The notes beneath the pieces were generated by a model that did not search any database, was not told the DNA's origin, and saw nothing but the letters and a program-made list of their open reading frames with translations. The position numbers and the translations under genes were made by a program. A stretch of 61,184 nucleotides of DNA, filler included, from Dimargaris cristalligena (Eukaryota), in NCBI GenBank assembly GCA_003614675.1. It is 4 parts of 4 records of this genome, joined end to end, with 100 filler letters (N's around TTAATTAATTAA, not from the genome) between each part and the next. Parts side by side here need not be neighbours in the genome. Positions count along the whole stretch, not along the records: positions 45,979 to 61,184 come from ML002905.1; 3 more parts are not named here. One strand, 5' to 3'. Positions 60,765-61,184 of this stretch are shown one piece after another. Each line of letters opens with the position of its first letter. Position 1 is the stretch's first letter.

Positions 60765-61184
60765 TATAGTATTTAATGTGCTGCCATGGGCAGCTGGCCA
60801 GAGGCCGCTTAAACCCCAGTACACGTTACTAATCCAAGAAGTAGCCATACTTTGGATGAATTCAAGGTCCCCGGATGATTGACGAGTTATTTCCATGGGA
60901 ACGGTCCGGGGTCATTAATGTTATTTTATTTTTTTATGCTAGCTGATTCTCTTTTCCTTCAGCTTTCCAAATCATACTTCCATTTGCCTTTCCGTCCATT
61001 ATTGACGAAGTTATAGGTTGTCAAAGTCAATGATGATTTTTAAAACTATGATGATTGACTACCTCATATTACCACTTTTATGCTATGGATGATTCTTTAT
61101 GAACAGGGCTTGGGAATAACCAGCCTCCAGCGGATTCCTTCTTGGAATCACGCCATACAATTTCTTAACATGAATTCCTTTATT

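Noticed and set aside
1..61184. tRNA, rRNA, spliceosomal snRNA genes or CRISPR arrays
   Set aside because: No cloverleaf, rRNA-like block, U1/U2/U6 signature or regularly spaced repeat-spacer array noticed by eye; tRNAscan-SE and cmscan would be needed to be sure.

Overview
Eukaryotic (fungal) genomic DNA, probably an early-diverging fungus such as a Zoopagomycota/Mucoromycota species (inferred from gene content and intron style, low confidence). The window is not one locus. It is four separate contigs (1-15252, 15353-30569, 30670-45878, 45979-61184; 15252/15217/15209/15206 bp, descending length) joined by artificial N44-TTAATTAATTAA-N44 linkers, so gene neighbourhoods across linkers are meaningless. 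Contig 1: CHD1 5' part (missed by the ORF track), MscL, DDB1, Nudix hydrolase, SIRT2/Hst2-type sirtuin and an SDR. Contig 2: mitochondrial EF-G2 5' part, a complete telomerase reverse transcriptase (TERT), an Ark1/Prk1-type NAK kinase, a candidate structured ncRNA and a CpG-free LTR relic. Contig 3: a PDR/ABCG transporter and TAF2 fused to four bromodomains. Contig 4: a second copy of the LTR with a nested insert, an 11-exon acyl-CoA thioesterase, a DHA2 MFS transporter and an orphan secreted protein. A ~143-bp MITE-like family occurs five times, on all four contigs. Three +1 frameshifts sit in homopolymers and are probably sequencing errors. No tRNA, rRNA or CRISPR array was seen, and no novel system is firmly established; the best lead is the candidate ncRNA near TERT.
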